Source: a virus
Length of the DNA: 64,000 bases
Direction: 5' to 3' (one strand)
IMG/VR virus record: IMGVR_UViG_3300022689_000130
Coordinates: 64,001 to 128,000 of that record
The position numbers were made by a program, and so were the translations under genes. The notes beneath the pieces are model-generated. The model had not been told where the DNA came from. It did no database searches and saw only the letters and a program-made list of their open reading frames with translations. Positions 1-9,472 of this stretch are shown here, piece by piece; position 1 is the stretch's first letter, and each line of letters starts with the position of its first letter.

Positions 1-37
1 TCAGGGCTTCAACTGCGGCGTCGAGCGTCATTTCCAT
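1..37 (-). CDS. N-terminus of an early gene (MEMTLDAAVEAL...) running off the window edge
   Basis: ATG at 37-35 directly follows the AAGGAG RBS of the repeated early promoter cassette. Confidence 0.6.
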   Translation of the reverse strand, partial: MEMTLDAAVEAL

Positions 38-92
38 CGTGTATCTCCTTTGCTTACTCTTATAATATAAACAATATGTCTTGGTTTGTCTA
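38..92 (-). promoter_or_regulatory. sigma70-type early promoter + RBS cassette, copy 1
   Basis: TAGACA-aaccaagacatattgtt(17)-TATATT...gtaagcaaAGGAGatacacgATG; near-identical to copies at 1291-1344 and 27720-27775. Confidence 0.8.
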
Positions 93-139
93 CTAGAAAA
101 GTAAACAAAGTTTCCTTGATTGTCAATGAGTTGTAATTT

Positions 140-535
140 TTATCCGCCGTTGAGCCACTCGTATTCACCGTTATTTGTAGTGATTTTCTTACCAGCTGCG
201 AGCTGGGCATACATCGCCCTGACGTCTAGACGTGCTTGATCAGGAACCATGAACTTTTCTTGCTTGACGCTATATTGCTCATAGTTCTCGTCATCATAGT
301 CACCATTGAGGTGACGCCATCTGAGGTGGCGGGCAAGTTTGAAAGCTTGTTTGGTCCATGGCTTGCTTCTTTCCAGATGTAACCACAGCTCAAGCGCAAC
401 AGGATCCAGCTTTGGTCCAAAGGCCAGTAGTAGAGCCATGTCGGTGCAACTTGGCGAGTTTTGTAAGCTCATGAATCCCGTTTGGTCTTGTTTTAGGATG
501 TCTCTGATTGAATGCATTAATGTTTCCTTGCACAA
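140..535 (-). CDS. hypothetical protein
   Basis: 131-aa ORF continuing the minus-strand early operon. Confidence 0.6.
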   Translation of the reverse strand: MCKETLMHSIRDILKQDQTGFMSLQNSPSCTDMALLLAFGPKLDPVALELWLHLERSKPWTKQAFKLARHLRWRHLNGDYDDENYEQYSVKQEKFMVPDQARLDVRAMYAQLAAGKKITTNNGEYEWLNGG

Positions 536-969
536 ACAGGACCAAGGCCGGTCTCGATGCTCTCAGGCACCGTCAGCGTCCGGCCGCAAGCGCCACACTT
601 TCCGCTGTGATAAAATTCCACGGTGTCATGCAGGACACCGCGATCGAGATTGTGGAGCAGCCAGTTGAGCCCTTTGAAGCTCACTGCATCAGGACGACCT
701 TTGCGTCCAGCGTTGAGGCGCGATTTGTTGTGGCTGTTCATGTGGCCCAGGTAACCATATGCGGTCTCGTTGCAAGGTCCTTGCAGCACCTTAACAAACA
801 GAATAGGCGCGTCAGTGCGTCCTTCACGCGGCTTGCTATTGCTGACTTTGTAGGTGAAGCGGGTTCCAGTGCGCTTGTTCTGGATGGTGAACAGGGCGCG
901 ACCAGCAAAGATGAACCGCCGGATGGCTGCGGGGTCGGTCATGCGTCCTTCAAAAAGATCTTCTTTCAT
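517..969 (-). CDS. DUF6011-like zinc-ribbon protein
   Basis: C-terminal CGACGRTLTVPESIETGLGPVC motif. Confidence 0.7.
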   Translation of the reverse strand: MKEDLFEGRMTDPAAIRRFIFAGRALFTIQNKRTGTRFTYKVSNSKPREGRTDAPILFVKVLQGPCNETAYGYLGHMNSHNKSRLNAGRKGRPDAVSFKGLNWLLHNLDRGVLHDTVEFYHSGKCGACGRTLTVPESIETGLGPVCARKH

Positions 970-978
970 GGCGTCCTC

Positions 979-1290
979 TTAGCGCAAGGTGGTATAAAAG
1001 CCGGTTTCGGCCGTGAACAGCTCTTGTAGCATGTCAGCGTAAATGCCTTCATGGCGGCTGACAGTTTGCCATTCCAGCTTGCGGATACGGCCAAACTCAA
1101 CGTTGTAGGTGTCCGAGCCATGGTCGTATTCAACACGCAAGCGGTTAGCTCGGTTTTTGGCACCAGTGCCAAATTGGAGAGAAAGTCCACCGTCGCCGTT
1201 GAGCGCAACCATGTTCTTACCACCTACAAGCAACAAAAACTGGCGGCCGCCAAGCTGGTCGAGAATTGTTTCAGCTACTTGCTGTGCCAT
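979..1290 (-). CDS. conserved phage early hypothetical protein
   Basis: 103-aa ORF directly behind the promoter/RBS cassette. Confidence 0.75.
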   Translation of the reverse strand: MAQQVAETILDQLGGRQFLLLVGGKNMVALNGDGGLSLQFGTGAKNRANRLRVEYDHGSDTYNVEFGRIRKLEWQTVSRHEGIYADMLQELFTAETGFYTTLR

Positions 1291-1344
1291 GTGTATCTCC
1301 TTTGCTTACTCTTATAATATAAGTAATAAGTCTTGGTTTGTCAA
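1291..1344 (-). promoter_or_regulatory. sigma70-type early promoter + RBS cassette, copy 2
   Basis: TTGACA-aaccaagacttattact(17)-TATATT-ataagagtaagcaaAGGAGatacacATG. Confidence 0.85.
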
Positions 1345-1434
1345 GCCTTAAATTTTATACCAAAGTTGTAATGTCAGGTATTTGATGTAGAGAGACACGG
1401 ATTTCTGTGTCACAACGTCTTTGTATCTCATCAG

Positions 1435-2160
1435 CTATCTGTTCGGTATTTTTGTTGGATCTAAGACTCTTCGGTCAGAAGCAGATGTTGATGGTTTGAC
1501 CCATCCTAAGGATTGCATTTTTTCCCATGCTGCTTTTGCTTCAGGCTGTTGCAGCCCGCTGGCATGAAGGTAAAGTCCTTGCTTTTGTAACCACTTTGCG
1601 GCTTTTTGATACATCGCTAATGCAATATGTTGGCGTTGAAAACCATCATAGACACGAATATAATCAACGAGCGGTTTGTCGACATGGTATTTCTTGAATT
1701 TTTCAAATTCTGTTGCGTGATGCTTGTTTAACCTTGGACTGTCAATCATCGACAGGTAATGATCTAATGTCTTTGTGTCCATATTTTTGATGTCATCTTG
1801 ATTTGACCATCCCAAGTCCCAGTACTTTGCCGGCGGGCGATGTCGGCTAAGGACTGCATATAGGAGCAATTTCTTCTTTACATCATCAGGCATATCTCGC
1901 CAATTTGTTCTGGCAAATTCATTCGGAATATACTGCTTTAACAGATAATTAACAAGTGATGGATATTTGGTATCAAATCGTTCTTTTGGAATGTATGATA
2001 TTTTAAGATATCCGGCCTCTTCGCCATTGACTTTAGCGACTAGTTTGTGAATTATCCATTCATTATTGATTTTTCTATCAGCCTCTGAATCCTGATGCAA
2101 CTCAAACTCAATTTCGTTGCCTGATTTAGTTTCATATTCTAGTATTTCAGATACTCGCAT
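1435..2160 (-). CDS. GNAT-fold acetyltransferase-like protein, possibly a virion-internal protein
   Basis: Motif A-like IRVYDGFQRQHIALAMY and a C-terminal AKAAWEKM; N-terminus MRVSEILE resembles capsid-targeting leaders; co-oriented downstream of the neck gene. Confidence 0.5.
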   Translation of the reverse strand: MRVSEILEYETKSGNEIEFELHQDSEADRKINNEWIIHKLVAKVNGEEAGYLKISYIPKERFDTKYPSLVNYLLKQYIPNEFARTNWRDMPDDVKKKLLLYAVLSRHRPPAKYWDLGWSNQDDIKNMDTKTLDHYLSMIDSPRLNKHHATEFEKFKKYHVDKPLVDYIRVYDGFQRQHIALAMYQKAAKWLQKQGLYLHASGLQQPEAKAAWEKMQSLGWVKPSTSASDRRVLDPTKIPNR

Positions 2161-2162
2161 CT

Positions 2163-2906
2163 TTATCCAACTATAATTCCCAGTCCTGTGCTGCCTTCTT
2201 TGTATAGTTTGATGTCTTCTTCTAACTGCGCCATGGTTTCTGTTGCATCTGCTTTAAGTTGATCGCCATTTAACGTTGTGCCTCCCTGTGGACCAGCCAC
2301 TGTGGCAAACTTTCCTCGTGCTTCTCCAAGCATGAACTTGCTCATAGCCAGTGCATACTCTTTGAGCCACGGCAAGGCATAGTGATCAGCAAACAAGTCA
2401 GATTCTTCACGATATGCGTATGCGTGTAGGTAAACCACTACCTCTGAGCGTGGACGACGGTGAAGGAATAGCTGGTGCTTGGTGCGGTTCCAAGTATACT
2501 GGAATTCGTAACCGAACATTTTACCGATTAACTCTAGGTGCTGCTGAAGTATTTCATAAGTGGCCAAGCTTCCGCCGCGACCACTAGCAAGGGGTCCTAA
2601 ATACGTGTTGATATACTGCGCTCCAAAAGGCTCAAATTCAACACCCTGGTTAAACACGCCGCCAGTCGAACGCTGGTAGATGTCCTTGATGTCGATAATT
2701 TCTTCTGGTAATGTGTAGGTTGCTACGTCAACTTCAAGTTGGAGGTCATAAAACTTCTCTTCAACAGCGTTCTCACTTCGTTGTCTAAATTTTTCTAATG
2801 CCTTATCGATCGCTAGTTCATAGTGTTCAGGGTCTAACTCTACATCAACCATTTGCCCACCTAAACGTAGTTCAATCTCTTTAGTAATACTTGCTCGACT
2901 TGTCAT
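2163..2906 (-). CDS. gp13: neck protein (T4 gp13-like)
   Basis: LRLGGQMVDVELD, WLKEYALA..K..LGEARGKF and GPQGGTTLNG motifs. Confidence 0.85.
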   Translation of the reverse strand: MTSRASITKEIELRLGGQMVDVELDPEHYELAIDKALEKFRQRSENAVEEKFYDLQLEVDVATYTLPEEIIDIKDIYQRSTGGVFNQGVEFEPFGAQYINTYLGPLASGRGGSLATYEILQQHLELIGKMFGYEFQYTWNRTKHQLFLHRRPRSEVVVYLHAYAYREESDLFADHYALPWLKEYALAMSKFMLGEARGKFATVAGPQGGTTLNGDQLKADATETMAQLEEDIKLYKEGSTGLGIIVG

Positions 2907-2926
2907 ATAGTTTGCTCCCTCTCAGT

Positions 2927-2953
2927 GATATTTATCGTGACACGATAAATATC
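2927..2953. promoter_or_regulatory. palindromic pair of divergent late promoters (ATAAATA)
   Basis: GATATTTATCGTG-A-CACGATAAATATC, a perfect 13-bp inverted repeat between divergent late genes. Confidence 0.8.
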
Positions 2954-2967
2954 TGAAAGGAATCTAT

Positions 2968-3585
2968 ATGCGTTATTACAATCTGCTTGAAGGCAGAAAT
3001 TCACGATGTATTGTAATTGATGTCCAGCCTGAATACACTGGAGTTAACGATGGGTCTGAATTACCTTGGATTGATGACATGATGGCATGGCTAAACCGTC
3101 AAGGTCCTGTTTTGATGTTTGTTAATGCTGAAGATACAGGAATAACAATGGATACAATTCCTGACATTCAAGAATATTGGAATGACAGCGGGTATGACCC
3201 AAGTAAATGGAATCAAACCACTATCGTTGACAAAGGATATGGTTATATGCGTGCCTGGATGGATCAAGGCGTGAGTGATGCAGCTATCATCAAAACCATT
3301 CGCGAACTGTATAACCAAAAGAAAACAGATACGAGAGAGCTATTCAGCGGTGATGATAGTGAAACTTATCAGGACGAGATGTCTAACTTTTTGGGTTATG
3401 AGTGGCATGAATGGATGGCTGATGACAGTCTAATAGTTGAATGGACTAGCATCGGTCAGCTAAAACAGTTTAACGGAGCATATTTGATGGGAGGCGGTCG
3501 TGAAGAATGCCTCAGAGAGGTAACATTATTGATGAATGCATTCAACATCAAATACAAACTTGTTCAGGAATTTATCTATGGATAA
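2968..3585 (+). CDS. cysteine hydrolase (isochorismatase/nicotinamidase-like) family protein
   Basis: CIVIDVQPEY (Asp), VDKGYG (Lys), MGGGREECL (Cys) triad-like pattern. Confidence 0.55.
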   Translation: MRYYNLLEGRNSRCIVIDVQPEYTGVNDGSELPWIDDMMAWLNRQGPVLMFVNAEDTGITMDTIPDIQEYWNDSGYDPSKWNQTTIVDKGYGYMRAWMDQGVSDAAIIKTIRELYNQKKTDTRELFSGDDSETYQDEMSNFLGYEWHEWMADDSLIVEWTSIGQLKQFNGAYLMGGGREECLREVTLLMNAFNIKYKLVQEFIYG

Positions 3586-3597
3586 GGAGAAAAGATA

Positions 3598-4656
3598 ATG
3601 CCACGCCTGTCGATGTGGAGTCCACAGAAGACTAACGATTACAATTTTTTTGACCGTCAAATACGTGAACAATTTCATGTAGGTGGTACTGGTGCGATTG
3701 TGCACAAGTATATTGGTCCAGAAGATGGACAGATACAAAATGATCCTACTCAGCCTGATTATCAAAACGACGGACTGATCAACGAGACTACTATTCAAGA
3801 CTTGCTGCTCCTCGAAAATCGTGACCGCAAGTATGATAAAGACCTATATGAACTGCGCGGCGTCTACAACGTCAGCGACAATGATTTTGACCTTACTCAG
3901 TTTGGCTTGTTTCTTACCAACGATGTTCTCTATATGACATTTCATATGAACGAAATGGTTGAAGTTCTTGGACGTAAGCTTATGAGTGGTGACGTGATTG
4001 AACTGCCGCATTTGATTGAAGAATATGCATTAGATGCAGACACATCGCCTATTCCCAAGTTCTACCAAGTAGAGGATGGCAACAGAGGTGGCGAAGGGTT
4101 TAGTGCGACTTGGTGGCCTCATATTTGGCGCTGTAAGCTTGCACCAATTACGGACAGTCAAGAGTTTGATGATATTCTAGGCAACGCAGAACAAGATGAC
4201 AGTATGAAAAATCTATTCAGCACATTTCAAACTGAGCGTGACATCACAGATGCAGTATTAGAAAGCGCACAACAAAATGATCCCATTGGTAGCCCGACAT
4301 ATCTCTTAAATCACCTATTCAATTATGTAGACGAAAACGATGATGCTAGCTTCTTCAATAGCAGCACAGTTGCCATTGGCGATATCTTTCCAAGCAACCC
4401 CAATCAAGGTGATTTCTTTATTCGGGATGATTTTTTGCCAAATCGTTTATTTCAATATAGAGAAAGCCGCTGGATAAGACTTTACGATGAAATTGAAGGT
4501 GGCACATGGAGTGACAGGACGTTTAACGCTAGCACATTTATCAATGAACGCGGAACAGACGTTAATGATAGAGGCACGTATAAACGCCGTCAGTCTATTA
4601 CTGATGCAATCAAGCCGAGACCTGATTATGACGGCAATACAAACAGTGACGACTAA
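3598..4656 (+). CDS. gp14: neck/head-completion protein (T4 gp14-like)
   Basis: DLTQFGLFL..D...MTF and GDVIELPHL motifs; position between gp13-like and gp15-like genes. Confidence 0.7.
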   Translation: MPRLSMWSPQKTNDYNFFDRQIREQFHVGGTGAIVHKYIGPEDGQIQNDPTQPDYQNDGLINETTIQDLLLLENRDRKYDKDLYELRGVYNVSDNDFDLTQFGLFLTNDVLYMTFHMNEMVEVLGRKLMSGDVIELPHLIEEYALDADTSPIPKFYQVEDGNRGGEGFSATWWPHIWRCKLAPITDSQEFDDILGNAEQDDSMKNLFSTFQTERDITDAVLESAQQNDPIGSPTYLLNHLFNYVDENDDASFFNSSTVAIGDIFPSNPNQGDFFIRDDFLPNRLFQYRESRWIRLYDEIEGGTWSDRTFNASTFINERGTDVNDRGTYKRRQSITDAIKPRPDYDGNTNSDD

Positions 4657-4676
4657 TACTCAATAGGAAATGTAAA

Positions 4677-6029
4677 ATGAACTATTTTTACGACGCTCAA
4701 CTTCGCAAATACCTTCTTCAGTTTGTTCGGATATTTGGTAATTTCACAGTGCAAAAAGGCTACGATGAACAAAACAATCCCATCTATGAGACCGTTCCTG
4801 CACGTTATGGTGACATGAGCCGTCAAGTTGGGCACATCATCAAAGATAACAGTGAAAACACTATTAATACTGTGCCTTTCATTAGCTGCTATGTTAACAG
4901 CCTTGATATGAACCCAGACTTACGTCGTTATCCTCAATTTGAAGAAACGCTTCATGTAATCGAAAAAGAGTTTGATGAAGAAAATCATAATTATGTAGAC
5001 AGACCAGGCCAAGCTTATAATGTTACACGCTATCAGCCTGTGCCTTACATGCTTACAATGAACGTAGATATCTGGACGAGCAACACCGATCAAAAGCTTC
5101 AGCTTTTGGAACAGATTCTCGTGCTATTCAATCCTAGCATTAATTTACATACTAATGATAATGTTCTTGATTGGACTTCTCTTGCATATTGTGAACTGAC
5201 TAATACCAACTGGTCAAGCAGATCCCTGCCTACTGGAACCGACACAATTATCGACGTGGCGACATTAACATTCGAAATACCTATTTTTATCAATCCTTCG
5301 GCTCGTGTACAGCGTATGAATATTATTCAAACCATACTTACTCAAGTTCATACGTTGGATCAAACTGACTTTGAAAATTGGACGGTTAATGATATCACTG
5401 GTCCGAATAGCAGTTTTGTCGTTACCACATTAGAAGACTATTGGATTCGTGTTCAAGACGGCACTGCGACACTTCTACAACGCACTGGTGACGATGAAGG
5501 CGGTGGCGGTCGAGTGCTTACCTGGCAGGAAAACGTATTTGCAGTATATGGTGAATTAAGACCAGGAATTAGTCAACTACGACTACGACAGGGAGATGAC
5601 ATAACTGATCCTGCTAATGATGTTATCGGAACAATCGATTACGATCCAAGCGATGCGCAACGTTTGATCATAACAATTGATACAGACACGCTTGCAAGCG
5701 ACACTCAATCTCCTGTTAATAACATCATCAATCCGCAGAGCAGCTATCCAGGCGACGGAAATTTGCCCGTCTCGGCCGTTGGCCAAAGATATCTTGTTTT
5801 GGATGATGTTCCTAGTAATGGAGCATGGGGTGTAATAGACGCTGATGCAAATGATATCGTGCAATATAATGGATCAACCTGGACCGTTGTGTTTGACGCT
5901 AGCGCCAATGGTGGAACCGAATATGTGACCAACCTCGCCACAAGTGATCAGTTTGAATGGACTGGCGAATACTGGCAAAATAGCTATGAGGGCGTTTATA
6001 GAGAAGGATGGTGGCGCTTATACGTTTAG
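4677..6029 (+). CDS. gp15: tail sheath stabiliser/terminator (T4 gp15-like) with C-terminal extension
   Basis: YFYDAQLRKYLLQF.RIF, PVPY.L...VDIW and QLLEQIL.LFNP motifs. Confidence 0.8.
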   Translation: MNYFYDAQLRKYLLQFVRIFGNFTVQKGYDEQNNPIYETVPARYGDMSRQVGHIIKDNSENTINTVPFISCYVNSLDMNPDLRRYPQFEETLHVIEKEFDEENHNYVDRPGQAYNVTRYQPVPYMLTMNVDIWTSNTDQKLQLLEQILVLFNPSINLHTNDNVLDWTSLAYCELTNTNWSSRSLPTGTDTIIDVATLTFEIPIFINPSARVQRMNIIQTILTQVHTLDQTDFENWTVNDITGPNSSFVVTTLEDYWIRVQDGTATLLQRTGDDEGGGGRVLTWQENVFAVYGELRPGISQLRLRQGDDITDPANDVIGTIDYDPSDAQRLIITIDTDTLASDTQSPVNNIINPQSSYPGDGNLPVSAVGQRYLVLDDVPSNGAWGVIDADANDIVQYNGSTWTVVFDASANGGTEYVTNLATSDQFEWTGEYWQNSYEGVYREGWWRLYV

Positions 6030-6041
6030 ATAAATAAACGT

Positions 6042-6494
6042 ATGAAAAGTATATCAGAGCTTTACCACAAACGATCAAGTGAGATCGCGCATTTAGATAC
6101 AACCGATGAACCGTTTGGTAGAGAGCTTGCGCGGATATCTGGGCGATATCGTGTTCCAATGCGCCAACTTGAGATCTTAAACGACACCGCAAGCGAACTT
6201 CCCGCTTTGAAAGCGATTTCGCCAAGTAGTTGAGGGCCTTCATTTGGCTCAAAAGATGGGTGCATTTACCAGGATGTTCTTCCCAGGTTGTTTAGTAAAA
6301 CGTTTAAATTTGTTCGTAACACTATTGATTTTGACCGTGTTATTACATTTTCAGACAATAGATGGTTTACTGGTAATCTATATAACAAGACTGGATTTAC
6401 CCAAGTTAAAAACCATCCTCCAAACTACCAATACCGTAAGGCTACTGAACCTTTAAATATTTTACGAACTTGGGATTGTGATAAAATTGAATGA
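6042..6494 (+). pseudogene. decayed gene; distal part resembles the C-terminus of Hef-like phage homing endonucleases
   Basis: Broken into short ORFs (6042-6233, 6288-6494); FSK..KF...ITFSDNRWFTGNLY.K.GF...PNY.Y...R.WDC pattern. Confidence 0.5.
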
Positions 6495-6949
6495 GAATGG
6501 AGAAAATGAATATAAAAGCAAGCGGCTGTATCTTACTAAGTGAAGATACTAAACGCATACTTTTGCAATTACGAATACCAGACCGCAAGAGTAAAAACTA
6601 TTGGGGTTTTTGGGGCGGTAAAAGTGAAATTAATGAATTACCTGTCCAAACAATTGAGCGCGAACTCAAGGAAGAGTTAGGCTTCTTGCCTGAAATAAAC
6701 AAATTCTATCCACTGCACAAAATGGTTAGTAATGATGAATCTTTTGAATATGACACATTTCTTGCAACTGTTTCCAGTGAGTTTATTCCTATACTGAATG
6801 ATGAAAGTGAAGGATACGCTTGGGTTAACTATAATCGTTACCCTGTGCCCCTTCACCCAGGTGTCAAATTAGTTCTTCAGAATCCGCGTATTCTTAGTAA
6901 GATTCGTACCATTGTTGATCAAATCGATCATCAAGATCGATCATCTTGA
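6491..6949 (+). CDS. Nudix hydrolase
   Basis: Nudix box GGKSEINELPVQTIERELKEELG. Confidence 0.9.
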   Translation: MRMEKMNIKASGCILLSEDTKRILLQLRIPDRKSKNYWGFWGGKSEINELPVQTIERELKEELGFLPEINKFYPLHKMVSNDESFEYDTFLATVSSEFIPILNDESEGYAWVNYNRYPVPLHPGVKLVLQNPRILSKIRTIVDQIDHQDRSS

Positions 6950-7121
6950 AAAAGTGGTTGACTTTTTGATTCTTTCCGCTTATATGTAAGATAAAAAGGC
7001 GCAATAAGGCATGTAACCGAGCTAGAGCCCTTACGAAATCAATCAAGATTAAATATTAAACTAGCTGCTCAATTAGTTGTGTTATGGTCGGGCTTTATTA
7101 ATGAGTATTTTTGTCAAGAGT

Positions 7122-7156
7122 GGACCGGCTCCATTGGAGCCGGTCCTTTTGTTTTT
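7122..7156 (+). terminator. intrinsic terminator between the convergent Nudix and major capsid genes
   Basis: GGACCGGCTCCA-T-TGGAGCCGGTCC followed by TTTTGTTTTT. Confidence 0.85.
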
Positions 7157-7169
7157 GCTAGTCCTAAAC

Positions 7170-8333
7170 TTAGGTGAAGCTTAGGTTTCCGCTGGTGACG
7201 TCGATGCGGTTGAGGTAGTCTGCAGCGTTACCAAGTGATGAAGCCTGGTTGCTGAGTTCTACATAACCATAGCGTGTCATGAAGGACACGACTGGTTCGA
7301 ACGTCTGAGGGTCAAGCACAGTGCCTGAGCTCATTAGAGGAATGTACGGGCAATAGAACGCCGCAGCATCGGTCTCGTTTGAGCCTTTGTAGCCGATAAG
7401 GATGTTATCGTCAGTTGCATACTGGTTCACATATACACGCATTGATCCGTTAAGTGTGCCGACAAACTTGGTGTTTGTTGGTGCTTCAAATGGACCTTCA
7501 GTTGTGCGAGCGAACGCAGAAGTTGTAGCTGCCTGGAGAACAGTTAGAACAGTTGGTGAAATAACCATCCAGTTACCAGCGCCACGACGTGTGCGAGCCG
7601 CAATATCGTTTGCTGCTTTGTTGATGAGCACTGCTAGTGCAGCATGTTCATCACCAACGAAAGTTGCTGTGCCGCTAACTGCATTCTGGTCGTATGTACC
7701 AGTTGCAGGGCCAGCAAGGCTACGTAGAGATGCTAGGATCTCCTGGTCGATTTCTGCGGTAATTTCCTGCGCTAGTGCAGCCATGATTTCCGCTTCAACA
7801 TCTAGACCATGCATTGCTTGTGCATCCTGCGCTGCCTCGAAAGTCCAACGTGCGCTGAGCTTACGAGTTTTTGCTTCAACAGTCTGTCTAAGGACTTGGA
7901 TGTTGAGTCGACGCCCGGCCTGACCTTCAAGCACAGAAGTTGCTTCTGCACGGTCAGTTGTTGCGTTACCAGAATAACCGTTAGCAATCTGGAATGGGCT
8001 TAGTGCTTCGTCACCAGCTACTGCTGAGTCGAATGTTTCTGCGTAGCGAACACGAAGAGTGTGAATTTGACCAACTGGGCCGGTCATTGGTTGCACACCA
8101 ACTAGTTCGTTTGCAATTACGGTTGGCATAACACGGCGGATAACTGGTAGGATCACTTTGTTAAGTGTCGCAATGTTACCTGCTGATGTTGCGCCGACAG
8201 TTGCAGATTCACGTAGCATGTGATTTTTCGTGTTTTCTAACACGCTTTCCATAACTGCCTTTTTATTACCGGCCAGACCGTCAACAAGTGCGTTTTTGGT
8301 TGCTGACCAGTTTTCGAATAGAACGTCTGCCAT
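7170..8333 (-). CDS. gp23: major capsid protein (T4 gp23-like)
   Basis: RRVMP..IA.ELVGVQPMTGPVGQI, EAKTRKLSARWTFEAAQD, FYCPYIPL and FMTRYG motifs. Confidence 0.97.
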   Translation of the reverse strand: MADVLFENWSATKNALVDGLAGNKKAVMESVLENTKNHMLRESATVGATSAGNIATLNKVILPVIRRVMPTVIANELVGVQPMTGPVGQIHTLRVRYAETFDSAVAGDEALSPFQIANGYSGNATTDRAEATSVLEGQAGRRLNIQVLRQTVEAKTRKLSARWTFEAAQDAQAMHGLDVEAEIMAALAQEITAEIDQEILASLRSLAGPATGTYDQNAVSGTATFVGDEHAALAVLINKAANDIAARTRRGAGNWMVISPTVLTVLQAATTSAFARTTEGPFEAPTNTKFVGTLNGSMRVYVNQYATDDNILIGYKGSNETDAAAFYCPYIPLMSSGTVLDPQTFEPVVSFMTRYGYVELSNQASSLGNAADYLNRIDVTSGNLSFT

Positions 8334-8345
8334 TTGTTTTCTCCT

Positions 8346-9470
8346 TTAGCTTAGTCCTGCTAATTTCTTGAGTTCAATGATATCAGCTGAGCCACCATCG
8401 TCTTGATGGTTGCTCTTGACCTTGTCACCGTTTACTTCGCGGATTGGCTTGCGCTGGCCACGGCTCTCAGTGAGTTTAGCCTTTTTTGCTTGTGTCTTAA
8501 CTGTAGAGTCTTCGGAAAGAACACTTGGCAGATACTTCTTGTATGCAGTCTTCAACTGTGAAGTTTTGACTGATTCAAGTAGTGTAGCCATTAGTTCTTT
8601 CTGACCCTTGTTTAGTGGACCAAGCATTTCGCTCATGATTTGCTTACGCTCGCTCATATCTTCTGCGATGCGGGCGGTGCGTTTAGCTTCTGTGAGCTGT
8701 TGATCCTTAGCTTTCATTACTTCGTTAGCCTCTGCAATGTTCTGCTTAAGTTTCATAATTTCTTTTGCAAGTTTTGCTACCTGTGTGCTTTCGCTCAAGG
8801 TGCTTGTCATATACTCGCTTGCGAATGTTTCGAAGATTTTACGCCCAAACTCGTTTTCCTTAGCTGTCTGGATGTCTTCGCGCAGAGATACAAGCTCTTT
8901 ACGCAAGACACTTTCAACAACGGTTTCGATTTTCGCTGCGCTTTTCTTAATGAAGTTTGCTTTTGCTTCTTCAATAACCTTCTTACCTTCGCGAACCATT
9001 TTGACTTTCTGCTCTGCGAGAGCCCGCTTGTCATCATGGAATTCGTTAAGTTCTTTGGTTAGCTGTTTGAGAACGAACTCTTCTAGCTTGCCAAAGTTTG
9101 CCTTTTGTTTTTGACGATCCTCACGTAATTCAGTGACTTCCTTTGCTAGGACTTCCTGAACGAAGCGTTCAAGCATTTTAGCATGTTCTTTCATCGCTTT
9201 CTTATAACGAACGCGATCTTCTGCTACCTTGGATTTGTCTGTTGCAAACTCTTCCAATTCAGTCTTGATTGCTTCTTTCAGCATTGCGTCCATTGCTTCA
9301 ACAATCTGCGACTTGTCATTTTCATAACGAGATGCAAACTCTTCACGCAACTCTGCAGTGACTTCTTCACGCTGCTCAGCAATTCTCTGTTCGAATGCTT
9401 CAGAGAGTTCAGTCTTGATATCTTCAGTTAGGATATCACTGTTGAGGATTTCTTTAATTGACTTAGGCAT
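8346..9470 (-). CDS. gp22: prohead core scaffolding protein (gp22-like)
   Basis: Coiled-coil E/K-rich protein between the protease and MCP genes. Confidence 0.85.
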   Translation of the reverse strand: MPKSIKEILNSDILTEDIKTELSEAFEQRIAEQREEVTAELREEFASRYENDKSQIVEAMDAMLKEAIKTELEEFATDKSKVAEDRVRYKKAMKEHAKMLERFVQEVLAKEVTELREDRQKQKANFGKLEEFVLKQLTKELNEFHDDKRALAEQKVKMVREGKKVIEEAKANFIKKSAAKIETVVESVLRKELVSLREDIQTAKENEFGRKIFETFASEYMTSTLSESTQVAKLAKEIMKLKQNIAEANEVMKAKDQQLTEAKRTARIAEDMSERKQIMSEMLGPLNKGQKELMATLLESVKTSQLKTAYKKYLPSVLSEDSTVKTQAKKAKLTESRGQRKPIREVNGDKVKSNHQDDGGSADIIELKKLAGLS

Positions 9471-9472
9471 AG

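Noticed and set aside
508-1351. + strand ORFs opposite the early genes
   Set aside because: Antisense shadows of minus-strand genes that have promoters and RBSs.
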